Below are positions 59,587 to 64,000 of a stretch of DNA of 64,000 nt, in pieces (positions within the stretch are counted from its first letter, which is position 1; each line of letters opens with the position of its first letter). A program made the translations under genes and the position numbers. The notes below the pieces were generated by a model. The model saw nothing but the letters and a program-made list of their open reading frames with translations, was not told where the DNA came from and ran no database searches. This DNA is from Eledone cirrhosa (lineage: Eukaryota): positions 196,788,001-196,852,000 of the forward strand of contig OZ024740.1 of the NCBI GenBank assembly GCA_964016885.1, read 5' to 3'.

Positions 59587-60072
59587 ATATTTATGTGTGT
59601 CTGTGTATCTTTACGTTTGTGTATATGTCAGTGTGTGATTGTGTATGTATGTATATGTGTATGTATATGTGTGTGTCTGTGTGTCTCTATGTTTGTGTAT
59701 ATATGAGTGTTTGAATGTGTGTGTATGTATGTATGTATATGTGTGTCCTTGTGTGTGTGTGTATGTGTATGTATGTATATATGTGTGTATAAATGTATGT
59801 ATATTATTTATATGTGTGTGTCTGTGTGTCTTTATGTTTGTGTATATGTGATTGTGTGTGTATGTAAGTACACATGTATGCATATATACTTACATACACA
59901 CACAATCCTTTATGTTTGTGTATGTGTGTATATGTGTGCTTGAGGTTGTGTGGCTGCATGCTTGTGTATATGTGTGTGTATATAAATGTTTGTGGCTATG
60001 GTTTGTGTATATATGTAAATACGTTAGTGGTTGTGTGACCGAAATCTTGTGTATGTTTATGTATATGTGTTT

Positions 60073-61630
60073 GTGAGCCTGTATGTATATGTTTATGTAT
60101 ATGTGAGCCAGTATGTATGTATATGTGTATGTGAGCCAGTATGTATGTATATGTGTATGTGAGCCTGTATGTATGTATATGTGTATGTGAGCCAGTATGT
60201 ATGTATATGTGTATGTGAGCCTGTATGTATGTATATGTGTATGTGAGCCTGTATGTATGTGTATGTGTATGTGAGCCTGTATGTATGTATATGTGTATGT
60301 GAGCCAGTATGTATGTATATGTATATGTGAGCCAGTATGTATGTGTATGTGTATGTGAGCCAGTATGTATGTATATGTGTATGTGAGCCTGTATGTATGT
60401 ATATGTGTATGTGAGCCAGTATGTATGTATATGTATATGTGAGCCAGTATGTATGTGTATGTGTATGTGAGCCAGTATGTATGTATATGTGTATGTGAGC
60501 CTGTATGTATGTATATGTGTATGTGAGCCAGTATGTATGTATATGTGTATGTGAGCCAGTATGTATGTATATGTGTATGTGAGCCTGTATGTATGTATAT
60601 GTGTATGTGAGCCAGTATGTATGTATATGTATATGTGAGCCAGTATGTATGTGTATGTGTATGTGAGCCAGTATGTATGTATATGTGTATGTGAGCCAGT
60701 ATGTATGTATATGTGTATGTGAGCCAGTATGTATGTATATGTATATGTGAGCCAGTATGTATGTGTATGTGTATGTGAGCCTGTATGTATGTATATGTGT
60801 ATGTGAGCCTGTATGTATGTATATGTGTATGTGAGCCTGTATGTATGTATATGTGTATGTGAGCCAGTATGTATGTATATGTATATGTGAGCCTGTATGT
60901 ATGTATAAGTGTATGTGAGCCTGTATGTATGTGTATGTGTATGTGAGCCTGTATGTATGTGTATGTGTATGTGAGCCTGTATGTATGTATATGTGTATGT
61001 GAGCCAGTATGTATGTATATGTGTATGTGAGCCTGTATGTATGTATATGTATATGTGAGCCTGTATGTATGTATATGTGTATGTGAACCTGTATGTATGT
61101 ATATGTGTATGTGAGCCAGTATGTATGTATATGTGTATGTGAGCCAGTATGTATGTATATGTGTATGTGAGCCTGTATGTATGTATATGTGTATGTGAGC
61201 CAGTATGTATGTGTATGTGTATGTGAACCTGTATGTATGTATATGTGTATGTGAGCCAGTATGTATGTGTATGTATATGTGAGCCTGTATGTATGTATAT
61301 GTATATGTGACCCTGTATGTATGTATATGTGCATGTGAGCCTGTATGTGTATGTGTATGTGAGCCAGTATGTATGTATATGTATATGTGAGCCTGTATGT
61401 ATGTATATGTATATGTGAACCTGTATGTATGTGTATGTATATGTGAGCCTGTATGTATGTGTATGTATATGTGAGCCTGTATGTATGTATATGTGCATGT
61501 GAGCCTGTATGTATGTGTATGTATATGTGAGCCTGTATGTATGTGTATGTATATGTGAGCCTGTATGTATGTATATGTGCATGTGAGCCTGTATGTATGT
61601 GTATGTATATGTGAGCCTGTATGTATGTGA
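60073..61630. repeat. 28-bp minisatellite, about 55 copies
   Basis: Unit GTGAGCC(A/T)GTATGTATGT(A/G)TATGT(G/A)TAT; unit starts at 60103, 60131, 60159...; embedded in a (TG/TA) low-complexity tract 59367-61910. Confidence 0.96.
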
Positions 61631-62657
61631 ATGCATGTTAGTGGTTGGGCGACTAGGCTTGTATATGTTTGTGTATATGTCGTACCTATGTATATGTTGG
61701 GTGGTTGTGTGGCTGTATATATATGTTTGTATATATATGTTAGTGGCTGTGAGGCCGTATGTTTGTGTATATGTATATACGTTTCGGTATATTCGTTTAT
61801 GTGTGTTGTGTGTGTGTGTGTGTGTGTTTGCGTGTATGTGTGTGTATGTGTTTGTGTGCGTGTGTGTGCGTATGTGTATGTGTACGTGTACGTGTTTGTG
61901 TGTGTGTGTTTTGTATACCCTGTTGGTATAAGGCTTAGCTCCTCCCACGACTACTGAAACCACCTTGAAAACAGATGGAAAGGGGGTGGGAGGAAATTGG
62001 AATGACGGGAGAGAGAGAGGGGGAGAATGAGGGGGTAGAGGGGGGAGAATGAGGAGGATAGAGAGAGAGGCAGAGTGTGAGGGATAGAGAGAAAAGGGGA
62101 GGGTAAGAGAGAGACGAGGGCGAGAAAGAGGGGGGAGAAAGAGGGCGAGAGAAAGATAGGGAGAGAGAGAAAGAGAGTGAGAAAAGAAGAGGAGAGAAAT
62201 TTACATAGATATATATATAGAGAAGGGGAGAGAGAGAGTTACATAGAGAGATATAGAGAGAAGGGGAGAGAGGGTTACATAGAGAGATATACAGAGAAGG
62301 ATTGGGGTGGATAAAGAAAAAAAGTTTAAGCTAAAAAAGACAATAAACAAATGAAATATGAGAAGATTTAGTCAACTTGTGTGATTCTTTGAAATACATT
62401 TGGATTGTTAGTATTAGCCCTCCCCTCTAGTTACAGAGAGATAAACCGAACTGTCAAAGAAAACTAGTGACGAACAGTTTGCTGAGCGTAAATCCCGATA
62501 TTTCCACTAACCTCGACTACTGTCTTCGTTTTTATGAAAATAACATTCACCCTTCTTTAACTTATTTGACAATCCAAACTTAAAAACAGCCGATCGGTGT
62601 GCGTGTGTATAACATATATGTGTGTGCTCGAGTATATTTATTCTCTCGTTATCGGTG

Positions 62658-63875
62658 ATGTCAACAATAGTTGACACAAACACCTATTCCAATCGAACAG
62701 TTGTTTTATCGTCGAAACCAAAGACACTACAAGAATGTATTTCGAAATTAAACCATGGGCCTGTACTTGAATCCGACAGCAAAGATATATACTGCAATGT
62801 TACGACTGATAGTCTCCTTTGCTGGCCAAGAACTCGTGCCGGCATTACAGCACACCAGCCATGTCCTTCATTGGAAGGGTCAGATACAACCAAATTTGCT
62901 TATCGAAGCTGTAACCTAAATGGAGAATGGAGCTCGAAGTGGGATGATGGTTCGTCTGCTTGGACAAACTATACACAATGTTACAGTTCCGGAGCTGAAC
63001 TAATAATTCAGTTTGATTCCGAAAACATACGAAGAGCGACAGCTGAAGACTTAACAGATACCAGTATCCTGGGAATATGCGGGTTGTCCTTGTCATTGCT
63101 AGCTGTATTCTTTACCCTTGCTTATGTGCGTTATAAAAAATTCCACGGACCGCGTATGGACGTGTACAGAAATTTATTCGCTACACTGGTTCTCGAAGCA
63201 TCTGTGAAACTGTCATTTCAGATTATTCTTCTAATGGTGTGGGTTGAAGAAGGTCTCGTTGTTACTGTGTTTGATATTCCGCATCTTTGTGAGATATTTG
63301 TTGTGATTTTAGAATTTGCGGAGATTACGACCTTCATTTGGACAGCTCTTCATGGACACCTGTGTTACCTGGAAGCTAAACAATACGATCCTCTAAAAGT
63401 TCAAGTTCTGTATGCAGCTCTTGGATGGGGTGTACCGATTATTACTCTGGCTGAGTGGTTAGCAGTGCAAGCAACGACTAACGACGCCCAGTGTTGGTAT
63501 GGCTACCGTTTCCAACAAAGTGCGTGGATTTTGGAACTACCTCGAGTGTGGGCCGTAATATTTGCCCTGATATTTTTAGCTTATACAATTTGGTCACTAA
63601 ACGACACCGGACACATGAGAGACATCAGCGAAGTACAGATGATCAGACGTAGTACTGTGGCGTGTCTCGCCTATATCTTAATCCTAACGATATCGTTATG
63701 TACATCGTTAGTACTGGTCAATTTGACACACGACAGCATCGATACGATGCACTTGTTAGCTTTGATCTATACCATTACATTCCTCACCTCTTTCAGAGGA
63801 CTGTTTTTTACCATCGGTTACTGGCTATGGGAAAACCAAGGAAGGAACTGGTACCAAAAAGTCAGTTTGGTTTGA
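62658..63875 (+). CDS. Intronless class B1 (secretin family) GPCR, CRF/DH44/calcitonin-receptor-like, 405 aa from the first ATG
   Basis: Hormone-receptor ectodomain C...CNVTTDSLLCWPRT.AG...QPCP...AYRSCNLNGEW...WTNYTQC; seven hydrophobic segments with RNLF, LCE, GWGVP, QCW, SFRG; single uninterrupted ORF. Confidence 0.9.
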   Translation: MSTIVDTNTYSNRTVVLSSKPKTLQECISKLNHGPVLESDSKDIYCNVTTDSLLCWPRTRAGITAHQPCPSLEGSDTTKFAYRSCNLNGEWSSKWDDGSSAWTNYTQCYSSGAELIIQFDSENIRRATAEDLTDTSILGICGLSLSLLAVFFTLAYVRYKKFHGPRMDVYRNLFATLVLEASVKLSFQIILLMVWVEEGLVVTVFDIPHLCEIFVVILEFAEITTFIWTALHGHLCYLEAKQYDPLKVQVLYAALGWGVPIITLAEWLAVQATTNDAQCWYGYRFQQSAWILELPRVWAVIFALIFLAYTIWSLNDTGHMRDISEVQMIRRSTVACLAYILILTISLCTSLVLVNLTHDSIDTMHLLALIYTITFLTSFRGLFFTIGYWLWENQGRNWYQKVSLV

Positions 63876-64000
63876 AATTTAAAGCTTGTGTTTATTATAT
63901 ATATGTGTATGTAAATATGTAAATATTTTTTTACAAAATTAAAAATTAGAAATCATTATATATGAATATAAATATTTTCAAAACAAATAACGAAAACACA

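Noticed and set aside
60073-61630. CRISPR-like regular repeat
   Set aside because: Units are contiguous with no unique spacers, there are no cas genes, and the context is eukaryotic.
59996-61963. 655-aa and 413-aa His/Thr/Tyr/Ile-rich ORFs on the minus strand
   Set aside because: Translations of the 28-bp minisatellite and TG/TA repeats; stop-free because of base composition, with no domain or splice evidence.
62622-62657. ORF-track start of the GPCR at 62622
   Set aside because: It is a GTG start; the first ATG is at 62658. An unseen upstream exon cannot be excluded.

Overview
Eukaryotic, AT-rich, repeat-dense animal genomic DNA. The SINE families, microsatellite load and gene structure point to a coleoid cephalopod such as Octopus (inference). 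Host genes, all on +: the 3' part of a NEK1-like kinase gene (13 exons, 1-18339), a complete 5-exon ribulose-phosphate 3-epimerase gene (RPE, 21060-30115) and an intronless, divergent class B1 GPCR (62658-63875). A young but defective Ty3/Gypsy LTR element (2262-6746, TSD ACTAC) sits antisense in a NEK1 intron. The most striking region is 39-53 kb. It holds three Penelope-like elements (PLEs), all on the minus strand and mostly abutting microsatellites. It also holds nine readable minimal type-I hammerhead ribozyme motifs (CUGAnGA...GAAA...UH) from about seven sequence families. These include a 424-bp tandem retrozyme-like unit whose 5' end falls at the ribozyme cleavage site, an inverted ribozyme pair, and two ribozymes with large stem-II inserts sharing a CAAUUG stem III. 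Three retroelement 5' ends carry fold-back inversions. Also present: RTE, CR1 and CRE fragments, tRNA-SINEs, a complete non-autonomous Helitron, piggyBac-type MITEs, long intronic hairpins, a 28-bp minisatellite and a degenerate ~41-bp satellite. All calls were read by eye; no searches or folding programs were run.
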